In this document: positions 12,735 to 25,110 of the stretch, piece by piece
Position numbering within the stretch: the first letter of the stretch is position 1
Layout of the letters: each line of letters starts with the position of its first letter
DNA from: an uncultured bacterium
GTDB taxonomy: Bacteria > Auribacterota > Erginobacteria > Erginobacterales > Erginobacteraceae
Length of the DNA stretch: 64,000 bases
Reading direction: 5' to 3'
NCBI GenBank assembly: GCA_963822585.1
Contig: CAWGIE010000033.1
Span: 96,001 to 160,000, forward strand
The notes under the pieces: generated by a model
Database searches by the model: none
What the model saw: the letters and a program-made list of their open reading frames with translations, nothing else
Told to the model about the DNA's origin: nothing
Made by a program: the position numbers and the translations under genes

Positions 12735-13406
12735 TCATTTTGCCGCCGACGGTGCCGAGCAGTGTTTGTCTTCCAGCATGGAAGAACTGCGTCCGGACCG
12801 AACGAGGGCCAGGGATATCATGTGATATCCGGGTTTCCCCAGTATCCTGAGTTCGTAACGGGCGCTCTTCCTTTCTTCCAGGCCGGCCGCGGAAAAAAGC
12901 CGGCGCCAGCCTTCCAGCGGCCGGAAAAATTTCCCCCGGTCGAGGCGCTGCATGAACCGGTGATACCATTCCCCCGGGGCCGGGGCGAGCGGTTCCTGCA
13001 CGATAACCATCCCCCCCGGGGCCAGCATCCCCACCAGGCCGCGGAGTACGGCGGCGGCTTTTTCTTCGCCGATATGGTGAAGAAGGGAGTTAATGAGAAT
13101 GACATCAAACCGTTCCGGCAGCCGCAGCGTTTCCGCGTCGCCGGCCAGGAAACGCCGGGAAGGATAACGCTTCCGGGCGGCGGCGATATACCGGGGGTTG
13201 ATGTCCACGCCGGTGTAATCCGCCCCCGGAAAGAGAGGGACATCGGAGCCCGGGCCGCAGCCGACCGAGAGTACCGCGGCGTCGGCGTAGTCGGCCCGGA
13301 TCGCCCGGATCGCCTCTTCTTTCGCGCTGTTTACGAAAGAAGAGTGCACACGATAAACCCACGGATTGGAAAGGATGCGGTCGATCAGTCTATCGAGCGT
13401 GCTCAT
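12735..13406 (-). CDS. Class I SAM-dependent methyltransferase
   Basis: VLSVGCGPG, YTGVDIN, FDVILINSLLHH; start moved to ATG at 13406. Confidence 0.85.
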   Translation of the reverse strand: MSTLDRLIDRILSNPWVYRVHSSFVNSAKEEAIRAIRADYADAAVLSVGCGPGSDVPLFPGADYTGVDINPRYIAAARKRYPSRRFLAGDAETLRLPERFDVILINSLLHHIGEEKAAAVLRGLVGMLAPGGMVIVQEPLAPAPGEWYHRFMQRLDRGKFFRPLEGWRRLFSAAGLEERKSARYELRILGKPGYHMISLALVRSGRSSSMLEDKHCSAPSAAK

Positions 13407-13465
13407 AGTTATACCTTGCTCAAAAAGGTGTTTTAGAAATCTTGCTCGAAACAAAAAAGATATCC

Positions 13466-13587
13466 GCCACGAAGGTCACGGAGTACACGAAGAATAGTAG
13501 GGAAAAATAAGATTTGCCTCATTATCTGTCAAAACCTTCGTGATCGCAGTCTCCCCCGATAAGTTCGGGGTGTTCTTCGCGGTGAAT
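13466..13587. repeat. Inverted 9-mer element (CACGAAG class) with nested CCCCGAT..TCGGGG hairpin
   Basis: CCACGAAGGTCACGGAGTACACGAAG ... CTTCGTGATC[..]GTTCTTCGCGGT. Confidence 0.75.
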
Positions 13588-14960
13588 TACTTTGTCGGTT
13601 CAGGCGTGTCTTCCCCCGGTTTCTCCCCGACCGCCAGGATGGAGGATCCGAAGGGAAATTTCGCCCGCCGGAGCCAGAGGGCCTCGGACGAAAAAACCAG
13701 ACCGAGCAGGCGGTTGACGAAATCGGGGGGGATGGTGAACTCGAACCCCTCCCGCCGGAAGCCCAGCAGCTTCTCCAGCCCCCGGGAGATAAGACGGACC
13801 AGGGCCACCGGGAGGAAGAGCAGGCTGCAGAAATAGGTGCTCCGGCGGACGGCGAACCCCGCCTCCCCGAGCAGGCGCCGCACCGGACCGATCCGGTACC
13901 GGCGGCGGTGACGGTTCAGGTCGTCATGGTGGCTCCACAGCCACCGGTACGCCGGAACAGTCAGGAGAAGTCGGCCTCCCGGCTTGAGCACCCGCCTGTA
14001 TTCGGTCAACGCCCCGAGGTCATCATCAATGTGCTCGATCACGTCGAGGGCGACAAGCAGGTCGAACGATGAATCGGGGAAGGGAAGGCGGTCCTCTTCC
14101 TCCATCAGGCGGACGTCGCGGCAGCCGCGCTTCCGGGAACAGCGGACCGCCTCGGCTGAAATATCCACCCCCGTGGCGTTTCCCAGCGACTCCAGGCGTT
14201 TCAGGGTGGCGCCGGTGCCGCAGCCGATATCGAGAATAAGGACCGGCGGCAGCGGCAACAGTCTCCGGCAGAACCCGAGGACGATCCGGCGGCGACCGAT
14301 AAACCACCAGTGGCTGTCCTCGGTCCGGTCGAAGTAGGTGTGAATGGTTTCCTCCGGGTGACGCCCCAGATCCAGCTTGGCCACCAGGAGAAGATGGGGA
14401 GGGAGCGGTTCCAGGTGGGCGGACACGGTATCCATACCGAATCCGTGGCGGCGGAGGAGTTCCTCCCACTCCCTCCGGCTCCGGAAACAGAGGCGTTCCG
14501 GGGGGCCGAAGTGAGCCTGTCCGGCCAGGGCGCGGGAAAGCCATTGCCAGAGCGGCTGGCGGTCAACCACCTCCATAACCAGCGGCGCGTCCGCCTTCAA
14601 AACCCGGGCGCAGCAGCTGATTAAAACTTCCTGAAGGCCATAATCCATTCGGGGGAGACTGCCGCAGATGACCGCCGCGTCCCATTTTGCTCCCGCGGGG
14701 GGAGGCTCCGGGGGAAACGCGATCCGGTCTATCACTGCGGAGGGACAATCCATTCCCGCCGGCGCCGAAGGTTCGGGGAAGCAGCACACAATCTTCCGCC
14801 CGGGCGAGCGTTCCGCCAGACGGGAGGCCGGCAGGACCGCTCCCTCTCCCCCGATAACAAGAATCCTCCCTTCGCCCGGGAGATGGGCATCGATCCTTTC
14901 GAGCAGGTCCCGAGACAGGGAACCGGGAAAGATGCCTTTCACCTTTTCATTTCCTCCCAC
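13587..14960 (-). CDS. Two-domain SAM methyltransferase (degenerate N-terminal domain + intact C-terminal domain)
   Basis: C-domain HWWF.GRR, ILDIGCGTG, LDVIEH, TVPA..WLWS.HD...H.RRY; N-domain has methyltransferase remnants. Confidence 0.85.
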   Translation of the reverse strand: MGGNEKVKGIFPGSLSRDLLERIDAHLPGEGRILVIGGEGAVLPASRLAERSPGRKIVCCFPEPSAPAGMDCPSAVIDRIAFPPEPPPAGAKWDAAVICGSLPRMDYGLQEVLISCCARVLKADAPLVMEVVDRQPLWQWLSRALAGQAHFGPPERLCFRSRREWEELLRRHGFGMDTVSAHLEPLPPHLLLVAKLDLGRHPEETIHTYFDRTEDSHWWFIGRRRIVLGFCRRLLPLPPVLILDIGCGTGATLKRLESLGNATGVDISAEAVRCSRKRGCRDVRLMEEEDRLPFPDSSFDLLVALDVIEHIDDDLGALTEYRRVLKPGGRLLLTVPAYRWLWSHHDDLNRHRRRYRIGPVRRLLGEAGFAVRRSTYFCSLLFLPVALVRLISRGLEKLLGFRREGFEFTIPPDFVNRLLGLVFSSEALWLRRAKFPFGSSILAVGEKPGEDTPEPTK

Positions 14961-15585
14961 CGACGACGTATAGGGAAAGAAGCAGACCGACGACCAGTAT
15001 GGCCAGAGCCACGCCGATCACTATCATCCGGGCACGCGCGTAGGCGGAGATGAGGCGCTCCTTGGCCCGGAGCCCCATCTTGATGTAATCTTTTTCCATG
15101 CGCTTTCCCACCGACTCCGCCAGCTGGAAGAGATGGCGTCCCTCGGTGTTGCTCAGTTCCTGGGCGAGCCGGTCGTTGTCCTCTTCTTCCCGGTCCCGGG
15201 AGAGAGCCAGCACCCGGGCCTGGACGACACGGTACTCGTCCCACCGGGTCAGCAGGTTCTTGAACTCCTCCCGTTCCTCATCGCCGTCCAGGTTTTTTTC
15301 GAGTTGGTGGCGGGCATCTTCGAAGAGAGTGAGGGCGCCGTCGATCCTCTCCTCTGCGGATCGGTGCTCTTCCCCGGTGGTGCTGATGATGTGATTTTTC
15401 TCCCCCAGGCGGACCCGGTACATTGCCAGCTCGAGGTCCCTGATACCGGCCACGCTGGGGAGGGTGTCGTCGGATATCTCCCGGGCGGATTTTTCCAGCC
15501 GGCCGACCTCGATAAAAATCACCAGACAAACCGCCAGGGCGATGACCATCATCAGCCCTCCCCCCAGCTGCAGGCCGACTTTCAT
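14947..15585 (-). CDS. Stand-alone MCP-type four-helix-bundle sensory protein with two TM helices
   Basis: MKVGLQLGGG-TM-...DTLPSV....DL...MYRVR..EKNHII... matches the 4HB_MCP_1 pattern; ends just after TM2. Confidence 0.75.
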   Translation of the reverse strand: MKVGLQLGGGLMMVIALAVCLVIFIEVGRLEKSAREISDDTLPSVAGIRDLELAMYRVRLGEKNHIISTTGEEHRSAEERIDGALTLFEDARHQLEKNLDGDEEREEFKNLLTRWDEYRVVQARVLALSRDREEEDNDRLAQELSNTEGRHLFQLAESVGKRMEKDYIKMGLRAKERLISAYARARMIVIGVALAILVVGLLLSLYVVGGRK

Positions 15586-16253
15586 GCCTCCCCCCCCTGC
15601 TCATCCCGGGCCGGTCGGGGATTGTCCTTCCGGCAGACGAAAAGGACGTCCGAGAGCGGGATATCTTTATGGGCCGGGAAGGTGGCGACGGAGAACCCGA
15701 TACCGGCCAGGAGGTTGATCCAGTTTCCGGGCCGGCGGAAATTCTGGCGCTTTCCGAAGTTGAGGGTCCGGTCGATGAAGAAGTGCGCGATCCATTTCCA
15801 GCGCGGTTCGTCGCCGACGTCCTCCATCAGGAGAAGACCGCGAAGAGGGAGGATGGCATAGCAATGACGAAGCAGCCGCTCCTGCTGGGGGTAGGTCAAA
15901 TGATGCAGGAAGTCGCTCATAATGATACAGTCGAAGGTGTCCTGCCTGATCTCAAGGCCGTCCTGGTCCCGGAAGGTGATGTTGCTCCTCCCTTTAACCG
16001 ACGTCTGGGCGGCCCTGATCCTCACTGCCTGTTTGTCGATCCCCACCACCCGCCGCTCGTTCCCGGTCAGGGCAAGATAGTTGGCCAGCATCCCCCGTCC
16101 GCAGCCGATATCGGCGATCCTCCCTTCGGGGGGGACATGGGCGGCGATGGTCATGAAGGGACAGAGACGCCAGCGCATCCTGACGTGCCAGCGCTGCCAG
16201 AAGGGAAGATCGGAGTAGAGGTTATACAGGTCTTTTGGAATCGGCGGAAGCAT
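15582..16253 (-). CDS. Class I SAM-dependent methyltransferase
   Basis: IADIGCGRG, VVGID, FDCIIMSDFLHHL. Confidence 0.85.
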   Translation of the reverse strand: MLPPIPKDLYNLYSDLPFWQRWHVRMRWRLCPFMTIAAHVPPEGRIADIGCGRGMLANYLALTGNERRVVGIDKQAVRIRAAQTSVKGRSNITFRDQDGLEIRQDTFDCIIMSDFLHHLTYPQQERLLRHCYAILPLRGLLLMEDVGDEPRWKWIAHFFIDRTLNFGKRQNFRRPGNWINLLAGIGFSVATFPAHKDIPLSDVLFVCRKDNPRPARDEQGGEA

Positions 16254-16327
16254 GTTGCTTTATAGAATCTCTTGTTTCGCGGGGGATATCATCGTTACAA
16301 AACCGGACAAAAATAAAAACGACCTTA

Positions 16328-16549
16328 AAATACGAAATACGAAATACGAAATAATATCAAAATCACAATGACCAAACCACCCCAACGCCTTCTTGCCTTG
16401 GACACTGTTAACTAATCAAACCAACCAGCAACTAATCCCTAATGTGATCGAGGTTTTTCTTAAACAATTTTTCTTTTTCGGCCGATTTTTACATTTAAGT
16501 TTTGGATTTTGAATTTCTTTCGGATTTCGATATTCGGATTTCGAATTTT
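16328..16549. repeat. Inverted 7-mer micro-repeat element (AAATACG/AAATCCG class)
   Basis: AAATACGAAATACGAAATACGAAAT ... TTCGGATTTCGATATTCGGATTTCGAATTT. Confidence 0.85.
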
Positions 16550-16600
16550 CCCTCGCCCTCTATATTTGAACCCTCTTTCATGGTAAAGACTATTAACCAA

Positions 16601-17635
16601 TTAAGAGAGCTCTTCATTCCTTATAAATCCTTGGGCGAGGGGTTGTACCCCCCGGATCAGCCACCAGCTCCCCTGGATCACCCCCAGGGACCAGGCCATT
16701 TTGGTCAGGAACTTGAACGGCATCATCAGGATATAGCGGGGCCCCTTCTTCATCGACCAGATCGTCATCCGCAGGTGACTGAGCAGCGAGAGGACCAGCA
16801 GGGTGACGAAGATCCAGGGATACCAGGGGATGAGAACGATCGAGAGCAGGGTGAAAAAATGAAGGAGCAGCTTGACGTGCTCGGACACGGTTCCCCGCTG
16901 GTGTGGTGAACCTCCCGGTGCAGCGGACGTAGAGGAACTTATGGCGGGCGGTCTTTAAATGACGCTGGAGATGCTTGAAGAGGCGGTCTCGGAAATAATG
17001 CCGGACCCGGACGTCCTTGAGGATCTTGATGGTGTAGCCGGCATTGGACCATCCGGTAAGCCGGAATCCACGTGTCCTCGACCAGGGGGAGCGAACTGGT
17101 CCAAATAGCCGATCTCGTCGAAAATCTTTTTCTTGATGGCGAAGCGGTATTCCCAGAAAAGAATCCGGCTCGTCAACTACATCAATGATTCTCATATCCC
17201 CGGAAAATCGGGGAAGAACCAGCAGATTCTGCAGATTGTGATTGTCCCACCAGGACATGACCACCCCCCGTTTCTCATCGGCGAGCAGCGGCTTCACCAT
17301 CCGGCTGATCGGATTCGGAGGGGACCTTGAGGTCGGAGTCCATGGTGATGACGAGTGTCGAGCCGGGCGGCCCGGATCGCCTGGTTGCGGGCCGCCGATA
17401 TTCCCAGATGGGGCCCGCTGATCAGCTTAGGCAGGGGTTCTGCTGCCGGACCACGTCCGGGGTGTTGTCGGTCGAGCCGTCGTCCACCACGATCACCTCG
17501 TAATCCGGGTAGTCCTGGGGGAGGAGGCTCTCCAGGCATTCTCCGATCATCTTCGCGTTATTGTAGATCGGGGTGATAACCGTCACCCGGGGGAGCTTAG
17601 CTCTTATCCGTTTTTCCAGCCTCGTTAGGACACAT
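16601..17635 (-). CDS. Glycosyltransferase family 2 (heavily frameshifted)
   Basis: Minus strand reads PRVTVITPIYNNAKMIGECLESLLPQDYPDYEVIVVDDGSTDNT; C-terminal TM segments in ORF 16601-16888. Confidence 0.7.
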
Positions 17636-17761
17636 TAGATTTACAACCGTGCTTATTCGTTCTTGAAGACGTTACAATCAATCCGATTCCTGCCGCGACT
17701 CTTCCCAATTCTGAGTCATCGTGTTCAAAACTCAACATAACGCCGAAGGCGTTATGTTATA

Positions 17762-18832
17762 TCAGATGGCCCCCGTGCTCACCAGATAATAATAGACCTG
17801 GCCGGCGATCACCTCCTGGCCGGCGGCGGAAGGATGGGCCCCGCCGAAAAGGTCCTGACCCGCCGCTTCCGCCTCCTGGAAAGCCGGCTGGCAGTCGACG
17901 ATCTCCACCCCCTGCCGGGCCAGATTGTCCCGCAATGTCACCAGATAGGAATGGTAATACCGGACCCGGTCTTTCAGAGGCATCAACACCAGGATGAATT
18001 TCCCGCCACTGCTCTCGACATCGTCCTTCCACCGTTCGATGATCTTCTGGGAAAGCAGTACCCCTTCGGCATACCGGTCCCGGGGGATCTTCTCTGCCGG
18101 GTAAACGGGATCGGGGATCTCCGGCAGCGACTTCCAGAGCCGGTCCTCCGGGGGGAAAAAGCGGTCGAAAAGATACAATCTCCTGGTATCGAAGAGGATA
18201 TCGGCCCAGCCGGCCGCCTGACGGTCCTCTTTGGTCTCCCGGGGGACCGGGACATGTTCGAGGTGAATATCACCGTCCCGGTACACAAAGCGGGGCTTAT
18301 GTCTCCCGCCTTCCTTCCATCGCGACTTGATCACGCGCTGGATATCCCAGCTGATGATACCGGCCAGCACAATCTCGGGGCGTAATTTCTCAGCCTCCTC
18401 CCGGTAACGGAGATACATCTGGCCGATCCCATACGCGCAGACACCCATGTTCAGAACCCCGACCCCCCGCTTTCCGGTCTTTTCGTTCAGGAGATAGGGC
18501 CAGGCATGGGAACCGTGCAGCTCGTCGCCGAAAGTGAAGGAATCGCCGAAAGCGAGGATGAGCCGGCCCGGAAGAGGGTTCTCTATCTCTTCTTCGTTGC
18601 CGGCCCGGGCGCCGTACCGGTCGATTACGACCTTCTTGACCACGGCGCCGGGGATGTGGGTCCAGCCCAGGACTTCATCGTAACAACTCCAGACCCCCGG
18701 CGCTTCCTCCGGCGCCGGGGGGAGCTTTATCGCCACATATACCCGGTAACCGACCTCAGCCAGGACAAGCACCAGGACTATCGAGATTACCAGGAGGACA
18801 CCGTTCAGCAGTATTGTCTTTTTCTTGGCCAT
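17762..18832 (-). CDS. Membrane-anchored SGNH/GDSL hydrolase
   Basis: ILAFGDSFTFGD, NMGVCAYG, HPSAAG. Confidence 0.85.
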   Translation of the reverse strand: MAKKKTILLNGVLLVISIVLVLVLAEVGYRVYVAIKLPPAPEEAPGVWSCYDEVLGWTHIPGAVVKKVVIDRYGARAGNEEEIENPLPGRLILAFGDSFTFGDELHGSHAWPYLLNEKTGKRGVGVLNMGVCAYGIGQMYLRYREEAEKLRPEIVLAGIISWDIQRVIKSRWKEGGRHKPRFVYRDGDIHLEHVPVPRETKEDRQAAGWADILFDTRRLYLFDRFFPPEDRLWKSLPEIPDPVYPAEKIPRDRYAEGVLLSQKIIERWKDDVESSGGKFILVLMPLKDRVRYYHSYLVTLRDNLARQGVEIVDCQPAFQEAEAAGQDLFGGAHPSAAGQEVIAGQVYYYLVSTGAI

Positions 18833-18951
18833 GGCCTATCAAAACCACGAAGGGCACGAAGAGCACGAAGGGTTTTTAAATCTATTATCTTCTTTCTCTC
18901 CCTGCCCCGGTCTGCCCGGAAGCATTCGATGAATTCTTCCGGATGAACCCG

Positions 18952-19934
18952 CTATGCGGAACCGGAAGTCCGGTTCGGATAACTCCGGTACCAACGAACG
19001 GTCCTCTCCAATCCTTCTCTCAAGTCGATTGACGGCCTCCAGCCGGAGGCATCGCGAATTCTGGTATGATCCCCCACAAACCGCCGGATCTCGTTCTCGC
19101 GATAGGGGAGCACCTCCGGGTCCACCCGGACCCCGCCTTCCATCATTGAGTCGATCAGCACTACCAGGTCCCGTAATGAGATCTCCTCACCGGTCCCCAG
19201 GTTGAATACCTCGCCATAGCCGCGGCCTTCCTTGGCCGCCAGCAGAAATCCCTCCACCACGTCGTCGATATAGGTGTACTCCCGGGTCTGTTCGCCGGCC
19301 GTCATCCGGACCGGTTCTCCGGACAGGCCGGCCCGGATCAACTGGGGAAGAAATCGTTCCACGCCCTGGCCCGGGCCATAGACGAGAAAGAGCCGCATAA
19401 TTCTGACCGATGCTCCCAGGGACGCGGCGGCCATCCGGCCAAACATGGTGGCGGCGGCTTTGAGAATGAATACGGGGAGATCGGATCGAGGGACATCTCC
19501 TCTCTAAACGGCGCCGGATTTCGTCCATAGGCCTCGGCGGTACAGGCGGAAATCATGATCTCGTAATCAACCCGGCTCAGAGCAGCTATCAAATTGACGG
19601 TGCCCCCCAGGTTTACTGCCAGGGCCTCATCGATCTTTCTCCAGTCCCGGCTGACATCGGTCATGGCGGCCAGGTGGAATACTCTCCGCGGCGCGATCTT
19701 CCGGATGGCCTCCTGTACGGCAGTCCGGTCGCGGATGTCGACGGGATAGATCCCGATCGCGGACTCCAGTCCGTCCAGCCGCCCCCGAGGAGCGTCCGGA
19801 TGAATCAGGGCCGAGACCCGGGCTCCTTCCCGGACCAGGCGCCGCGCCAGCGCGGAACCGATGAATCCTTCCGCCCCCGTGACCAGCACGGGAATAGTGC
19901 GATACCCTTCAATTGGCACGTTCTTTCCGCTCAT
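18952..19934 (-). CDS. NAD-dependent epimerase/dehydratase (possible CDP-dideoxyhexose reductase), frameshift ~19460
   Basis: VLVTGAEGFIG, VFHLAA, SPYSFSK, RLFLVYGPGQ, GEQTREYTYIDD. Confidence 0.85.
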
Positions 19935-19967
19935 CGTTTCATGGCTTGTATCATAGGGATCGGCAAA

Positions 19968-20052
19968 ATGGAGTAGTGGAGTGCTGGAATGGTGGAGTGA
20001 TGGGGAGAAGAATGCTCCGGGTCATCACTCCATTACTCCACCGCTTCATTAT
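19968..20052. repeat. Inverted 8-mer micro-repeat element (TGGAGTAN class)
   Basis: TGGAGTAGTGGAGTGCTGGAATGGTGGAGTGATGG ... CATCACTCCATTACTCCA. Confidence 0.85.
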
Positions 20053-20060
20053 TTTCCTCT

Positions 20061-21644
20061 TCAATCCCGTGGTACTCCGGCGGGCTTTAAATACTCTTCG
20101 ATCACTGTCGCGGCCACGTTCTCCGCCAGGATATGGTTTCCTTCCGGGGTGCAGTGCCCGAAATCACCGGCAAAAGCGTCCTTGAAAAGATCATCGTAGT
20201 CGGCATTTCGGAGTGCCTCTTTAAAAACGTCCTCGTTGTCGACGAAGATGATGTCGTCATGGTCTTCCAGCATCTTCTCGAGGGAGCCCACCGCTCTCAT
20301 CGGGTACTGGACGGCGACCAGCTGGATTCCCCTGCGATCGACGATCTTCGTGATCCGTTGGTAGCTGTCGAAGGTGATCGGGTTGTAGGTATTCATCAGG
20401 CGGCGACGGTCCTGCCGCAGGTATTGCTCGGCTTTTTCGGGCTCTCCCAGTTGCCGGTAGATGTAGGCCAGTTCCACGTAGGCCCTCTTGTGGTACGGGT
20501 CGCGCTCGATCGCGTTTTCGCAGACCCCGATCGCCGAGCGATAATCCCCCTCCGCTTCGTAGCAGCTCCAGAGCGTGACCGTGGCCAGGTAATTGTCCGG
20601 GTTGATCTCCAATGCCCGGCGGGCCCGTTCCTTCCCCCGGGCGATCTGTTTGTTTTTCCAGAAATCGATCCAGGCCAGGGAGGCAAGCGCCTGGTCGTTG
20701 GCCGGGTTGATTTCGATGGCCTTGCTGAAGGATTCCATCGCCTGGCCGTATTTTTTCTTCGAGAGGAAAGACCGCCCCAGGAGCGTCCAGGCCCTGTCGT
20801 TGCCGGGGTTAATCTCAATGGCTTTCCAGCAGGCCCGCGTCACGCCCTTATGGTACTGCTTGTTCAGATGGCCCCGCGCCCGGCCGACATATGCCTCGTC
20901 GCACCTCGGGTCCAGCTTGATCGCCTTTTCGAAGATTTCCGTCGCCTCTTGATACCGGTCCTGGCTGAGATAGCAGTCTCCCATCCGGACCAACGCGGCC
21001 GGGTCATCCGGATGTTTTTGCAGTTCCGCCCGAAGCTCCGCTTCCAGTTGAAAGAGGTCGTACTCCGGCCCCATCAAACCGCGGTACTGATAGAGATCGG
21101 GGTCGAGACGATTGGGGGAAGCCAGGCCGTACTTTTCCAGGGCGATTTCGATATTTTGCCCCAGCAGGGCCGCCAGTTTATAAACCCGGAACCCCTCGAT
21201 GAATTCCCCCAGGGAAGAGGTTTTTTCGTGCAGCCGGTGGCTGACCGAAGTGTCGTTGATCCCCATCATGGCCACGACCATATCGGGCCGGTAATCATCC
21301 ATCCAGCCTTCCAGATTATCCGCGATGTAGGCCGTGCTGCATCCGGGCTTCCCCTTGTTGATGACGGTAAAACTCTTGTCGGGAAATTTTTCGTCGAGAA
21401 GAGACTGCAGCTGGTTGGGATAGGCGTAGGTATGATCGCCGTCGTAGGTGGTGGACTCCCCGATACAGATGATGCGGTATTCTTCCTTGTTTTCCCGGTC
21501 GATCCGGTTGGGCCGGTCCCGGAGGGAAAGAACGACAAAACCGGCCAGGCGGAGACCGAGCTCCAGGAGGATAACCGTGACGATGATACTGCCGCCGATC
21601 AGGGCGATCTTCTGTCTTACTGTTGTTTTGCCTTTACAAGTCAT
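20061..21644 (-). CDS. SGNH-like protein with inserted TPR repeats
   Basis: N-terminal TM, IICIGESTT, MMGIND, about six TPRs, C-terminal DFGHCTPEGN; start at ATG 21644. Confidence 0.8.
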   Translation of the reverse strand: MTCKGKTTVRQKIALIGGSIIVTVILLELGLRLAGFVVLSLRDRPNRIDRENKEEYRIICIGESTTYDGDHTYAYPNQLQSLLDEKFPDKSFTVINKGKPGCSTAYIADNLEGWMDDYRPDMVVAMMGINDTSVSHRLHEKTSSLGEFIEGFRVYKLAALLGQNIEIALEKYGLASPNRLDPDLYQYRGLMGPEYDLFQLEAELRAELQKHPDDPAALVRMGDCYLSQDRYQEATEIFEKAIKLDPRCDEAYVGRARGHLNKQYHKGVTRACWKAIEINPGNDRAWTLLGRSFLSKKKYGQAMESFSKAIEINPANDQALASLAWIDFWKNKQIARGKERARRALEINPDNYLATVTLWSCYEAEGDYRSAIGVCENAIERDPYHKRAYVELAYIYRQLGEPEKAEQYLRQDRRRLMNTYNPITFDSYQRITKIVDRRGIQLVAVQYPMRAVGSLEKMLEDHDDIIFVDNEDVFKEALRNADYDDLFKDAFAGDFGHCTPEGNHILAENVAATVIEEYLKPAGVPRD

Positions 21645-21751
21645 ACTAAAACCACGAAGGTAACAAACGCCTTGAATATACAATCCTTCGTGACCTTCGT
21701 GGTAAATATCAGGTTACAAACCGGCTAAAGATAACCCGAGGGACAAAACGA

Positions 21752-22747
21752 TCACTCTTCACGTTCCCGGTCCAGCTCGGCCAGGAAGTCACGGTACCAG
21801 GCGATCGTTTCCCCCAGTCCTTCTTCAATCGTATAGGCCGGCTTCCATTCCAGCACCCGGCGCGCTTTCTCGGCCGAGAGATACTGGTGGTGGATCTCCC
21901 CCTTCACGGCATCGAGAACATCGGGTTTGATGTCTTCGCGGTCCATCAGCTTCAGGATCAGGTTAACCAGTTCCAGGACCGTAATCTGGCGCTCGTCGCT
22001 GAAGTTGAACGCCTCTCCGGCAACACCTTCCCGATCGGTCTGTTCCGCCATCAGGAGGTATCCTTTCACCGCGTCAAGGACATAAAAATAATCGCGGATA
22101 TAGGTGCCGTCGCTGCGGATGATCGGGGTTTCCCCGTAATAAACCGAACGGATGGTCCCCGGGATAATCCGGTTCCAGTTCAGGTCGCCTCCTCCGTAAA
22201 GATTACCGCAGCGGGCGATGGTCACCGGGAGCCCGTAGGTCTGAAAGTACGCCTGAGCGAGCAGGTCGGTGCAGCTTTTGGAGACGTCATACGGATGGCT
22301 CCCCCGCAGCGCCGCCGCTTCCGTGTAGGGAAGGTCGGTGTGAATCCCGTACGCCTTGTCGCTGGAGGCGACGACCACCCGCTTGACCGTATTCACCTGC
22401 CGGCAGGCCTCAAGCAGGTTCCATGTCCCCCTGATATTCGATTCGAAGGTGGAGCGGGGAGAACGATTGGCGATGGAAACAATCGTCTGGGCGGCGAAGT
22501 GAAAGACCGTGTCGATCTCGTACTCGTTGATTGCCCTCTCCAGAAGATCGTAATCGGTCACGTCTCCCCGGACGATATTGATCCGATCCCAGCAGCTCAG
22601 CTTTTTCAGGTTCGACTGGGGGACCAGATCCCGGATCAACCCCAATACGTTGGCGCCGCGTCGATAGAGAGCCTCGGTCATCCAGGAACCGAGCAGGCCG
22701 GTGCATCCGGTGACAAGGACATTCTTATTATTCCAGAAATTATTCAT
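21752..22747 (-). CDS. rfbG: CDP-glucose 4,6-dehydratase-like SDR
   Basis: [53 protein letters not shown]; near rfbF. Confidence 0.8.
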   Translation of the reverse strand: MNNFWNNKNVLVTGCTGLLGSWMTEALYRRGANVLGLIRDLVPQSNLKKLSCWDRINIVRGDVTDYDLLERAINEYEIDTVFHFAAQTIVSIANRSPRSTFESNIRGTWNLLEACRQVNTVKRVVVASSDKAYGIHTDLPYTEAAALRGSHPYDVSKSCTDLLAQAYFQTYGLPVTIARCGNLYGGGDLNWNRIIPGTIRSVYYGETPIIRSDGTYIRDYFYVLDAVKGYLLMAEQTDREGVAGEAFNFSDERQITVLELVNLILKLMDREDIKPDVLDAVKGEIHHQYLSAEKARRVLEWKPAYTIEEGLGETIAWYRDFLAELDREREE

Positions 22748-22759
22748 GAGTTTACAACC

Positions 22760-24320
<1,561 letters not shown>

Positions 24321-24327
24321 AGGGGTT

Positions 24328-25110
24328 TTACTTCTTCCAAGGAGCATTACCGCTCATCCACAGTTTTTCCAAATTTTCCATGTCGCGGTAGGTGTCCATA
24401 CAGTGCCAGAAGCCTTCGTGCTGGTAGATCGCCAGTTCGCCGTCGCGGGCCAGGTTTTCCAGGGGTTCCCGTTCCAGGGAGCCGTCGTCGGAAAGATAAT
24501 CGAAGACCTCCTTCTGAAAAACAAAAAACCCCCCGTTGATCAGGCCGCTCTTGACCTGGGGCTTCTCACGAAACTCCCTGACCAGCCCGTCCTTCACCTC
24601 CAGTTCTCCGAAACGGGTCATCGGACGAACACCGGTCACGGTGGCCAGCTTTCCCTTCTGGCGGTGATAGGCAAGCAGCTGATCGATATCGATATCGGAA
24701 ACTCCGTCCCCATAGGTGACCATAAACGTGTCGCCGTCGATATAGGGCTCAACCCGCTTGATCCTGCCCCCGGTCAGGGTCTCGAGGCCGGTGTTGGCCA
24801 GGGTGATCCGCCAGTCGGGGTGAAGACGCGTGTGGGGCGTGATCACCTTTCCTTCCCCCAGATCGAGGGTGAAATCGTTCGTGTAATAATCAAAATTGAG
24901 GAAATAATCTTTGATCATCTCGCCCTTGTAGCCCAGTGTGAGAACAAACTGCTTGAATCCGTAGGCGGAGTAGATATCCATGATATGAATGAGGATCGGC
25001 TTCTCCCCGACCCGGATCATCGGCTTGGGCCGGTACTCGGTCTCTTCGACCAGGCGCGTTCCTCTTCCCCCGCAGAGAATCACTACTTTGATCGTATTTT
25101 TTTCTTCCAT
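24328..25110 (-). CDS. rfbF: Glucose-1-phosphate cytidylyltransferase
   Basis: VILCGGRGTRL.EET..RPKPM, TGGRIKR, TYGDG, INGGFFV, FWHCMDT.RD, APWK. Confidence 0.95.
   Translation of the reverse strand: MEEKNTIKVVILCGGRGTRLVEETEYRPKPMIRVGEKPILIHIMDIYSAYGFKQFVLTLGYKGEMIKDYFLNFDYYTNDFTLDLGEGKVITPHTRLHPDWRITLANTGLETLTGGRIKRVEPYIDGDTFMVTYGDGVSDIDIDQLLAYHRQKGKLATVTGVRPMTRFGELEVKDGLVREFREKPQVKSGLINGGFFVFQKEVFDYLSDDGSLEREPLENLARDGELAIYQHEGFWHCMDTYRDMENLEKLWMSGNAPWKK

Noticed and set aside
500..19500. Mass pseudogenisation or programmed frameshifting of glycosylation genes
   Set aside because: Indels are concentrated in one part of the window next to obvious artefacts, while 28.9-64 kb is almost clean. 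Sequencing error is more likely, though phase variation at individual tracts is not excluded.
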